Origin: Macrostomum lignano
Taxonomy: Eukaryota
NCBI GenBank assembly: GCA_002269645.1
Contig: NIVC01000065.1
Location: 124,001 to 188,000, forward strand
Direction of reading: 5' to 3'
DNA length: 64,000 bases
The notes under the pieces: generated by a model
Database searches by the model: none
What the model saw: only the letters and a program-made list of their open reading frames with translations
Told to the model about the DNA's origin: nothing
Shown here: positions 36,952 to 48,900 of the stretch, piece by piece
Layout of the letters: each line of letters starts with the position of its first letter
Numbering within the stretch: the stretch's first letter is position 1
Made by a program: the position numbers and the translations under genes

Positions 36952-38300
36952 CTATGACTGATTAGAAGAAGCGATGACGTCATCATCTCCAGATTCCTCT
37001 GGACAGGAGACTCCGTAGGCGGCTGCGCAGTTGCCCATTTTTGTCCTCAGCGCGTCGATGTCATCCTCGCGGTGCAGGCCAGAGTTCAGCGCCGCCTCGC
37101 AGGTGTCTCTCACTTGCGACCAAGTCGCCCCCGAGCGCACCTGACAGTCGATCAGCTGGCACCAGAGCTGCACAGAGTAGGGGCAGCTGGACAGCGCGGT
37201 GCGGTACAGCGGCAGCAGCTGGCTGGCTTGCACGCCTCCCGTGAGTTCCTGCGGATGAGAATTTGCTGCCTATTAGAGCTGGGATGTGTAGTCTGGGCTT
37301 TACGTGTAACTTGGAGCTTGGTAACTTGGGGTAACTTCGAGTCTTTTGAATTTGAATCGGCGCCATTTTTTCGACTGGGTTTTTACGGCTTTAGCACCCG
37401 GGCGGCTTTAGCACCAGGGGCTTTAGCGCCACGCTTTAGCGCCAAGGGGCTTTAGCGCCAAGGGGCTTTAGCGCCAAGGGGCTTTAGCGCCAAGGGGCTT
37501 TAGCGCCAAGGGGCTTTAGCACCAGGGGCTTTAGCACCAAGGGGCTTTAGCAGCAGGGAATTTAGCACCAGGATCTTCAGCGCCAAGGGGCTTTAGCACC
37601 AAGGGGCTTTAGCAGCAGGGAATTTAGCACCAGGGGCTTTTGCGCCAAGGGGCTTTAGCACCAAGGGGCTTTAGCAGCAGGGGCTTTAGCACCAGGGGCT
37701 TTAGCACCAGGGGCTTTAGCACCAGGGGCTTTAGCACCAGGGGCTTTAGCACCAGGGGATTTAGCACCAGGGGATTTAGCAGCAGGGGCTTTAGCAGCAG
37801 GGGCTTTAGCAGCAGGGGCTTTAGCACCAGGGGCTTTAGCACCAGGGGCTTTAGCACCAGGGGCTTTAGCACCAGGGGCTTTACCACCAGGGGCGCCAGC
37901 ACCAGGGGCGCCAGAACCAGGGGCGCCAGCACCAGGGGCGCCAGCACCAGGGGCACCAGCACCAGGGGCGCCAGCACCAGGGGCACCAGCACCAGGGGCG
38001 CCAGCACCAGGGGCGCCAGCACCAGGGGCGCCAGCACCAGGGGCGCCAGCACCAGGGGCGCCAGCGCCAGAGATACCTGGTACCTAGACAAAAAATCATT
38101 AAACTCACCATTTCCGTCAGAGCCTCAGCCCAGACCGAGCTGGGCATGGAATGGCTGGCATTATTTGACAGCACCTGCTGATATTCTCGCCAATGGCTGC
38201 CCGCACACGAGGCCGCAGCGGCTGGTGCCGGTGCCTCTGCTCTTGCTGCAGTTGCTATGGTCAAATATTCTCCACTGTCCGAGTTGGGCTGTGCAGTCAT
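36952..38300 (-). CDS. Short HAT (half-a-TPR) repeat protein resembling the SART3/Prp24 HAT region (2 exons, 162 aa if ATG 38300 is used); possibly a gene fragment
   Basis: Exons 38300-38109 (donor GTGAGT) and 37248-36952 (acceptor CCGCAG), phase 0. LYRTALSSCPYSVQLW..VRDTCEAALNSGL resembles the SART3 segment RAIRNCPWTVALW..FEKALNAGF (from memory). A further acceptor lies at 38324. Confidence 0.6.
37385..38070. repeat. Bipartite 15-bp minisatellite in the HAT-gene intron
   Basis: GCACCAGGGGCTTTA block followed by GCACCAGGGGCGCCA block. Confidence 0.93.
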
Positions 38301-38394
38301 GGAGGTCGTGTCTGAATGCGTCCCTAGAAACAAATATTTTTTTTTCGGAAATGGAAGGAAAGGTATTTTTTCTATGGAAATTTATAGACATGTG

Positions 38395-38920
38395 GCCCTG
38401 ATCCCAATTATCCCATTGGGAGAATCATCCCACATCCGAATCTGTATCCCTGATCCCAATTATCCCATTGGGAGAATCATCTCACACCGGAATCTGTATC
38501 CCTGATCCTAGTTATCCCAATGGGAGAATCATCTCACACCCGAATTTGTATTCCTGATCTCAGTTATCTCAATGGGAGAATCATTCCACACTTGAATCTG
38601 TATCCCTGATCTCAATTATCCCAATGGGAGATTCATCCCACACCCGAATCTGTATCCCTGATCCCAGTTATTCCATTGGGAGAATCATCCCACATCTGAA
38701 TCTGTACCCCTGATCCCAGTTATCTCATTGGGAGAATCATCCCACATCTGAATCTGTACCCCTGATCCCAGTTATCCCAATGGCAGAATCATCCCACACT
38801 TGAATCTGTATCCCTGATCTCAATTATCCCAATGGCAGAATCATCCCACACTTGAATCTATACTCCTGATCCCAGTTATCCTCTAGGGTGAATTATCCCA
38901 TAATCGAATCTGTATCCCGG
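38395..38920. repeat. 52-bp minisatellite
   Basis: Unit TATCCCAATGGGAGAATCATCCCACACCCGAATCTGTATCCCTGATCCCAGT, about 10 copies. Confidence 0.92.
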
Positions 38921-39589
38921 TAAAAAATCTACTCAACTGCCTACTAAGAAGTAGCTAGAATAGAGTTGGGAATAATAATAACTTTGCAGAGTAAAACAGG
39001 GCCTTAGTCAAATTTAGAGTTGAGTTTTTTATTACCCGTACTAAGCCACTTGCCAGCTAAACTTTACCTCTTTGAGCTTATCTCTCTTCGTCCAAAAATT
39101 GGGGATTTAAAACAGAAGCAGAAGTTGAAGCCTTATTTATGGATATATATTTATAATAAATAATAAATTCTTTCTAGCTGCTGCTCGGCATTAAGGATTA
39201 GTTGGACTACCCTCCCCCCGCCAGTGCAGTGCAATATCTTGCTAAAGCTTTTAATGGAAATCCCTAAAGCCAGTGGCCAGGGATTAAGCTAAGGCTTATG
39301 CCTCTCGAGCATCTGGTCCGATAGGCCGGACCGCATTGGTTCGGCTTCGGTAGAATTCGGCTCACTTGAGGGCTTTGAGTATCAACTGGATTTTCTAGTG
39401 GAGATGGATACACTCACTGTGGGAATTGGTATACTGTTAAGCATTGTTTCCCAGTGATTGAAGAGATTTTGCCCTGCGTGAGGCTGGGAGGTCATTGTGC
39501 GTCTAGTTTGTTGGTTGCATAACACTTGAGTCACCAGTGCCGTCAGCTACAATTACCAGTCCACCTCTATTCGACCTCTATTGGCACCT

Positions 39590-40895
39590 TCTCTGCTCTC
39601 TCTCTCTCTTCGTCTCTCCCTTCCTCTCTTTATGCCTTTCTCTCTCTCCCTTCGTCTCTCCCTTCCTCCCTTTCTCTCTCTCCCTTCGTCTCTCCCTTCC
39701 TCTCTCCCTTCCTCTCTCTCCCTTCCTCTCTCCATTTCTCTCTCTCCCTTCCTCTCTCCCTTAATCTCTCCCTTCCTCTCTCCTTTCCTCTCTCCCTTCC
39801 TCTCTCTCCCTTCCTCTCTCCCTTAATCTCTCCCTTCCTCCCTTTATCCCTTCCTCTCTCTTCCTCCAGCCTTCAGCAATAACCAGAACGCAGCCGCAAA
39901 TTCGAGCTACACTGCTTATATTTGCTTTTCTCTCGCTCTCGCACGCCTCCTCAATGCTGACTTGAGGCTGACCCTGGCCGGCAAGCGCACTGTTGATCTG
40001 CCATCCAGATCCAGCTGTTAGCAGGAATCGGCGAGCACTATAAATTAGTGTTTGCCGAACTCGAGCTCAGCTCATCTCATCGATCGCTTGAGTATTGACC
40101 TAGCTGCAAATGCTCAGTCAAAGCCTCACTGCATACAAGGCTTTTTAACTCGTGCGGTTATACCATTCTCCAAAGTCAAGGCATATCTTATCCAGATCAT
40201 TGATCGATTGATATTTTACGGAGCAACAGGGATTAACTGATGCATTGATGGCTGCATGGCTACCTTGCTGATAATTAGTGGATATACCTGGTGGCTTCAT
40301 GCCTCCTCTCCCTTCTCCCCTCTCCTCCCCCACTCCTCTCCCTTCTCTTTCTCCTCTCTAGTCTCCCATCTCTCCTCTCTCCTCTCTCGTCTCCTGTCTC
40401 CTATCTTTCCTCTCTCCTCTCTCCTTTCTCCTCTCTCCCCTCTCTTCTCCCTCCCCTCTCTTCTCTCTCCCCTCTCTTCTCTCTCTCCCCTCTCATCTCT
40501 CCTCTCTCTTCCCCCCTCTCCTCTCTCCTCTCTCCTTTATCCTTTCTCCTCTCTCCCCTCTCTTCTCTCTCCCCTCTCATCTCTCCTCTCTCCTTTCTCC
40601 TTTCTCCTCTCTCCCCTCTCTTCTCTCTCCCCTCTCATCTCTCCTCTCTCTTCCCCCCTCTCCTCTCTCCTCTCTCGTCTCCTGTCTCATATCTCTCCTC
40701 TCTTCCCTCTCTTCTCTGCCCTCTGCTCTCTCCCCTCTCCTCTCTCCTCTCTCGTCCCCTGTCTCATATCTTTCCTGTCTCCTGTCTCCTTTCTCCTCTC
40801 TCCCCTCTCTTCTCTCTCCCCTCTCTCATTTCTACTCTCTTATCTCTCCTTTCTTTTTTCTCCTCTCCTCTCCTCTCTCCCCTCTGCCCTTTCCA
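39590..40895. repeat. Two long polypyrimidine (CT-rich) tracts, 39590-39870 and 40295-40895
   Basis: Almost exclusively C/T on the plus strand. Confidence 0.92.
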
Positions 40896-42187
40896 ACATC
40901 TCAACTATTTTCTTATTATTAACCCTCTTAATCTTATCTTTTCTAAGCTAGACAAGCATTTTAAAAAGTCTTACCTTAAAAAAGTTAAAATGATTACAAC
41001 AAATAACAAAGTTAGACAGGCTAATCCAACTGTTTCAGTATAGCTGTGGTTTATATTATTCAAAAATGTAACTCAGTTTAAAAACTAGAGACGCACACAA
41101 CAGTAGAGAGAATTGGCGAATAGCGCAGACAGGGCATGCAGGAGCGGAAGCCTAATAGTTTTGCAACTGTAGGAGGGAGGTTGACGGGCGCTCTGATCCC
41201 CTCTGCACCTCCCACACCCAATAGCGGATAGAGTGAGAGACAGAGGGAAGGGGAGTAGTAATAGTAAGAGAGAATGGCTGAGATCTGCGGGCTTTAACTC
41301 CAACCCTAACCCAGAGGCAGCTCCTTCCTCTCTCTCCGCATAGTCTCGCCCCTACAGAGCCGGGCGTACGCAACTGCATGCCCTCCTGTAGCTGCTGTAG
41401 CCAAAAACAATAGAGAGCTGACGGAACTCTGAACCTCCCATGGGATTTGTGATTGTAGAAATGCAAGGCCTGCTCACCCTGCTCACGAGTCGGGGGGGGG
41501 GCGATGAGGAGGAAGGAACGATGAGAGGAAAGGGGAGGGAAAGGTGGACACGCGCCGGGCCTATATTAAAATCCTCATTTGCTCCCTCTCTTCTCCTCTC
41601 CCCTCTCTGTCCGCCTCCGCTTTGCCAGTCCCCTAATATGCCATCCCCATTCCCCCGTGAGCCAACACAAAGCATTGGGTAGAAGCCTCCTTTAGTCAAC
41701 ATGCTCAGCTCAGCCTCATAATCCTCGACATCTTCGGGGGTTTGGGGTGGGTTGGTTGGGTGGAATCTTATTTTTATTTTCATTTAAGGCGAGGACGGCC
41801 CCCGGTTGGGGCAGAGGGAAATGGGGAGGAGATAACGGATATAGAGTTACCGGGGGAAGACAAGAGGGGATGTTGAGGGGCTTAGGCTAGCATGTAGGGA
41901 AGAGGGGAACAGGATGCAGAGACAAGCTTAGGCTATGCTCGCATGCCTTAATCTCGACTCCTTCCCCCGTGCATGCTGTGGCTGACTCAACAGTGGCTTT
42001 TGTTTTGCCGTTCATGCGCGGTTGGGCAATGGGTCGGGATTTAATATTCTTTATCTGCTTGAATCTGAATCTTTCCTCTAAAATCCCCTACGTAAATTCC
42101 TGCATCGGTTTAGGATGACGAAACTCATTTTAAAATGCACTACCGAGTTTCAGTTTTGTCAGCACAAAAGTAGCGATAGGTCTTTTC

Positions 42188-42530
<343 letters not shown>

Positions 42531-43004
42531 TGAACAAAGTTTAGAAGTTCTTAGCCAGCCTTCAAAATCAATTTTTTCTGAGAATCGAAACGTCACGTTC
42601 TCATACTACTTAAGTCAACCTTGGTTTCATGGAGGAGAGAGTGACAGCTCAAGTGATGATGCTGAGGAAGAGAAGAGAGACGGACCCTCTCCCTATGCAC
42701 AATTAAACTGCAGCTAAACTAGACTGACTCAAATTTGCTATGTAAAAATTTCCAGGAAATGAAGAATTGCTTTTAGCAATTGCTGGCATTGAAATTGCCG
42801 GAAGTGTTTGGCTTGTTGTAGTAGCAAAATTCAGTATGGGATTCTAGAATTATGTGCAAATTCTGCTCACGCTAAATGCCTGTCACCCGCTGGCACATTG
42901 TGGACGAGTGGGTCAGCACAGTTCTGAGTGTGGAGTTGACTCAGACTATATTGCTACTTGCCATCAATGTTTAACTTTTAGCGTTCCTGACACACATTTA
43001 AATT

Positions 43005-43300
43005 CACCCCTGACACCCATAAATGATTCCCCCTGACATCCATAAATGATTCCCCCTGACACCCATAAATGATTCCCCCTGACACCCATAAATGATTCCC
43101 CCTGACACTCATAAATGATTCCCCCTGACACCCATAAATGATTCACCCTGACACCCATAAATGGCACTCCTGACACCCATAAATGATTCCCCCTGACACC
43201 CATAAATGGCACTCCTGACACCCATAAATGATTCACCCTGACACCCACAAATGGCACTCCTGACACCCACAAATGGCACTCCTGACACCCATAAATGACA
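43005..43300. repeat. 23-bp minisatellite
   Basis: Unit CCCTGACACCCATAAATGATTCC. Confidence 0.9.
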
Positions 43301-43842
43301 CCGACTAACATCCAAAAATGACGCCTTCAGACAAAAAAAACAGAAAAACAGCGCCTTCTGCGATTCGGTAATTTTGTAATGAACAATTTTTATCCCAGAG
43401 ATTCGGACGAAGACATAAAAGCGGGAAAATGGATAAAGCCTGCAGAGAGCGACAGAGGAAAGGATAGAGCAGGGACTGCGGCACAGGAGTATTTTCGGTA
43501 ATTTCTACGAAAGCTTTCTAGGGGCTTCTCTATTTAGTCGGCGACACGGCGGGACAGAGAAAAAGGGGGAATTAATAATTTAAATGCGCTCGGGCCCCGT
43601 CGCACGAAATGGGCCGCGCGGGACCGCCACAAATTCACTCACTCTCTCTCTCTCTCCCTCTCTCTCAGCTGCCTGTGTTCCTCTGCTTTTCCCTCGCTGT
43701 CCTTCTCTCTAGCCAAGTCGGCATCACGCAGCTGAGCTCTCTGTGCTCGACTATGCTCAAGCTATTAGTAGCCATGCTTTAAAAGAGAAAAAAATCGAGA
43801 GAAAATCGAGAAATCTGTTTTTTTGTACCGCGTTTAGCTAAT

Positions 43843-45240
43843 GGGGGTGCCAAATCTGAGTCAGAGGGGCGCCAAATCTGAGTCAGAGGAGCGCCAAATC
43901 TGAGTCAGAGGGGCACCAAATCTGAGATAGAGGAGCGCCAAATCTGAGTCAGAGGGGCGCCAAATCTGAGTCAGAGGGGCGCCAAATCTGAGATAGAGGA
44001 GCGCCAAATCTGAGACAGAGGGGCGCCAAATCTGAGTCAGAGGGGCGCCAAATCTGAGTCAGAGGGGCGCCAAATCTGAGTCAGAGGGGTGCCAAATCTG
44101 AGTCAGAGGGGCGCCAAATCTGAGTCAGAGGAGCGCCAAATCTGAGTCAGAGGGGCGCCAAATCTGAGTCAGAGGGGCGCCAAATCTGAGTCAGAGGGGC
44201 GCCAAATCTGAGTCAGAGGAGCGCCAAATCTGAGACAGAGGGGCGCCAAATCTGAGTCAGAGGGGCGCCAAATCTGAGTCAGAGGGGCGCCAAATCTGAG
44301 TCAGAGGGGTGCCAAATCTGAGTCAGAGGGGCGCCAAATCTGAGTCAGAGGAGCGCCAAATCTGAGTCAGAGGGGCGCCAAATCTGAGATAGAGGAGCGC
44401 CAAATCTGAGTCAGAGGAGCGCCAAATCTGAGTCAGAGGGGCGCCAAATCTGAGATAGAGGAGCGCCAAATCTGAGACAGAGGGGCGCCAAATCTGAGTC
44501 AGAGGGGCGCCAAATCTGAGTCAGAGGGGCGCCAAATCTGAGATAGAGGAGCGCCAAATCTGAGTCAGAGGAGCGCCAAATCTGAGTCAGAGGGGCGCCA
44601 AATCTGAGATAGAGGAGCGCCAAATCTGAGACAGAGGGGCGCCAAATCTGAGTCAGAGGGGCGCCAAATCTGAGACAGAGGGGCGCCAAATCTGAGACAG
44701 AGGGGTACCAAATCTGAGACAGAGGGGCGCCAAATCTGAGACAGAGGGGTACCAAATCTGAGACTGGGAGCGCCAAATCTGAGTCAGAGGGGCGCCAAAT
44801 CTGAGATAGAGGAGCGCCAAATCTGAGTCAGAGGAGCGCCAAATCTGAGTCAGAGGGGCGCCAAATCTGAGATAGAGGAGCGCCAAATCTGAGTCAGAGG
44901 GGCGCCAAATCTGAGATAGAGGAGCGCCAAATCTGAGTCAGAGGAGCGCCAAATCTGAGTCAGAGGGGCGCCAAATCTGAGATAGAGGAGCGCCAAATCT
45001 GAGTCAGAGGAGCGCCAAATCTGAGTCAGAGGGGCGCCAAATCTGAGATAGAGGAGCGCCAAATCTGAGACAGAGGGGCGCCAAATCTGAGTCAGAGGGG
45101 CGCCAAATCTGAGACAGAGGGGCGCCAAATCTGAGACAGAGGGGTACCAAATCTGAGACAGAGGGGCGCCAAATCTGAGACAGAGGGGTACCAAATCTGA
45201 GTCAGAAAAGCGCCAAATCTGAGTCAGTGAGCGCCAAATC
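43843..45240. repeat. 22-bp minisatellite (~63 copies) upstream of the Vav-like gene
   Basis: Unit GGCGCCAAATCTGAGTCAGAGG with TGAGATA and TGAGACA variants. Confidence 0.96.
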
Positions 45241-45909
45241 TCAATATAATATTATAAGCAACTCAAGCAAAACTGAGCAGACACAAACTATCAGTCGATT
45301 ATTTGAGCGCCACGGACAGGTAGCCAAACCAGCTGAGATTGTGGACTCGGAATTTCTACAAAACAGCACAAACAACTGCAGAAGCGCACGGCTTGCCTGA
45401 CTCAGAGATAAGAAGGCACAGAAAAATGCAAAGAGATTTTTTTCCAAATATCGTCGAAAAATCTGCTTCTCCTAGAAGAAGGCAATCCGTTCGTAAACAC
45501 AGAACCAAATAATAATTACTAAATCGATTTCAGATTTGCAACTCAAATTATTCTAAAAATTATATTTCAGTTTTAACATTGTACTTACTAGAGTTAGTGA
45601 ATCAAATTACTCTACTATTAGTAGAGTTCAACTAGGAAAATAAATCAAACAGTTTTTTTATTCGAGTTAAAATAAAATAAAAATTCGTTCGATGGATCTG
45701 CTAATTGACGAAATGGCTAAAGTTAACCCCGGATATTTCTGACACGTACAGTTTACAAGACACTCGGACTGCGGCCCCTTTCCAGTGGTTAATCTTTTTC
45801 TAGAAGAGCCGGAGCCCAACAAGACCCACCGGCTGATAAGGACCATATAAGTCAGTCTGAGCTTCTAACCTGGCACTGACTCACCGCGCAACTTTCTTTC
45901 GCTGAAAAC

Positions 45910-48900
45910 ATGTCTGCTTCAGTGGGAGAGTTTCTGCAACAAATTCGACAGTTGTTGAACAAAGACGCCGATTTCGGGCAGCAATGCAGCACGTCCGAGG
46001 ATCTTTGTCGGCTGCTGGCTGACGGCGAGGATCTCTGCTGTCTTCTTAGCGTCCTTAGCAACGGCCGGATATCGCCGGAAGGAGACGGAACCGTGTCGTT
46101 CTATTCGATGAATTCCGAGATGTTTGGTAGGAGGAATGTGAAATTTTTTCTGTCCAAATGCGTCCATGAGTTCCAGATGAAGCGGGAGGACCTGTTTGAG
46201 GCGGAGGACCTGCTGCTGCTGCGGAGGCCCGACAGGGTGCTCACTGGCCTGCGGAGGCTGCTGTCGCTGCAGGGACTGGTGAGGCGGCGGGGACTCTCAT
46301 CTACCCTGTCTACTCCCCTTCTACCCTGCGTCTATTCCCTGCCTACCCTGCGTCTATTCCCTGCCTACCCCTGTGTCTATTCCCCATCTACTCTGTGTCT
46401 ATTCCCCATATACCCCTGTGTCTATTCCCCATATACCCCTGTGTCTATTCCACATCTACCCCTGTGTCTATTCCCCATCTACTCTGTGTCTATTCCCCAT
46501 CTACTCTGTGTCTATTCCTCATATACCCCTGTGTCTATTCCCCATCTACCCTGTATCTATTCTCCATCTACCCTGTGTCTACTCCCCATCTACCCAGTGT
46601 ATATTCCTTATCTACCCAGTGTCTATTCCCCATCTAACCTAAGTCTATTCCCCATCTAACCTAAGTCTATTCCCCATCTACCCAGTGTCTATTCCCCATC
46701 TAACCTAAGTCTATTCCCCATCTACCCAGTGTCTATTCCCCATCTACCCCTGTGTCTATTTCGCATCTTCTTCCTCGCCGAAGGCGTTGCGCCTTGATTG
46801 CCAGCGAATGTCATGTTATCTTACCTTCTACATAACAACATTTATCATTTACTAATTAAAACAGCCAAATCCGGCCAACGAGCGGATGCCATCAGTGGCA
46901 TCTTTAGACTACCAGCCGTTGAGCTGCGCCTCTCGCAGGCAATCGGATTTCATCTACTCGGAGCCGGAGACTCCAGCAGCCGCCGCCTCAACTCCTGCCG
47001 CCCAACTGGAGAACATCGTCTCGGAGATCTGTCATCTTCAAGCTCAGCTGGTTGATCGCCTGTCGCTACTATTGAAATTCCACGGGGAACTTCGCGGTCC
47101 CCTGTCAGAGTGGAGCTCCGACCTACTGGACTCGACGTTCAAGCACACGGAGCATCTGCTTCAGGTGCACGAGTATTTCAAGCAGCAACTAGACAGCCTC
47201 GCCGAGTCGAAATCCGCTGCCAATTTCTGCACAAATCTTGGCTCGATGTTTCTCCAAGTGAAGCCCAGACTGTCGGCAGTCTACTCCAAGTACTACCCGG
47301 ACTACCCTCTGGCCAAGGCCAAGATGGAGGAGGCCTTCCAGCAGCAGCCGCAGTTGCGACGCCAACTGGAACTGCTGGAGCGGCACTTCAACGCGGAGTC
47401 CTTTAGCATCTTGTACGACTCTCCGTCCAAGCAGATGTTCAACTATCAGATACTGTTCGAGAGGCTGCACAGAACGGCTGAAAAAGAGTTGGCGACGATC
47501 TCTGAACAAGCGGCTAATTCGGTGAGGATACAGTACGGTTGCTGTCGTAGCTTAACCCGTCCGAATCAGAGTAGCAGTGCCGCTGAACATCCTGTGATAG
47601 TGGGTCCGTTGGGAATCCCTTGCAAAGTCTTTACCGGAATCTCCCCCTTAAAACCATTGAATCATCTCCGGAATCCCCAAAAACTAGAGAATTATCTCGG
47701 GAATTTTTTAGACCCATAGAATCGTCTCTGGAATCTTCTAAAACCAGGAGAATTATCTCGGGAATCTTCCAAAACCAGAGAATCATCTCTGGAATCTTCT
47801 AGAACTATAGAATCTTCTCGGGTATCTCCTAGACCCATAGAATCAATCACCTTGGGAATCTCCTAGAAACATAGAATCATCTCTGGAATCTTCTAAAACC
47901 AGGAGAATTATCTCGGGAATCTTCTAAAACCAGGAGAATTATCTCGGGAATCTTCTAAAACCAGGAGAATTATCTCGGGAATCTTCTAAAACCAGGAGAA
48001 TTATCTCGGGAATCTTCTAAAACCAGGAGAATTATCTCGGGAATCTTCCAAAACCAGAGAATCATCTCTGGGATCTTCTAGAACTATAGAATCATCTCGG
48101 AAATCTTCTCAAACCATAGAATCATCTCGGAAATCTTCTCAAACCATAGAATCATCTCGGACCCGCCCTCTCCTTCAACCGCAGGTGGAACTTGCTGTGG
48201 TGGAGTGCCGCCGCCTGCTCAGCCACCTGAACGAGCGCAAGCGCTACTCGGAGCAGGAAGCGGCTACTAGGCAGATTCTGCAGTCAATCGAAGGCCTACC
48301 AGAGCATCTTACTAAGCTGGAGAATGTCGGCCTGCACAGAGGCGATGGTCAGTTCCGAGCTACACTGGGCAAGGAGCAGCGAGCGTTGGTGCAGAAAGAG
48401 TGCTTCTGCCTGCTGACCGACCGGCAGCTCATTGTGGCCACGCCTGCGGCATCCTCGAACGGTTCGTCCCAGCAGCCCTGGGCATTTCTATTCGACGTTT
48501 CGCTGTACGAAAACGATCTTCAACTGGAGTGCAGAGCCGGTGAGCCGGGCGGCCTCCAGCTGAAGCAGTCAGGCAAGGGGCTGGTGCGGTTTAGCCGTCC
48601 GGGAGCCAAGAAGCTGTCGGCTGGTGTCGGCGCCAGCCTGTGGACTCAGCTGCTGGAGGTGCGCGCGGCCAACCTGCCAGACGGCTGGAACAGCGGCGGG
48701 CACCGGTTTCGACGGGTCACCTTTGAGGAGGGCAGCGAGTGCTCCCGGTGCCGGGAGACCTTTGCCGGGCTGTACTTTCAGGTGAGCTGGGCGGTCTGGG
48801 AGGTCTGAAGGTCTGGTGAGTCTGGTAGAGCAACTGAGGGTCTGGGAGGTTCGCCCAGAAACTGACACTCTGGGAGGCTGGCCCAGCAACTGACACTCTG

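Noticed and set aside
40256-41043. 230-250-aa Ser/Leu/Pro-rich ORFs (also 39526-39882)
   Set aside because: Translations of CT-rich low-complexity DNA.
41352-41783. Minus-strand 143-aa ORF (PEDVEDYEAELSMLTKGGFY)
   Set aside because: No recognisable domain or supporting splice sites; half of it is GA-rich low complexity.
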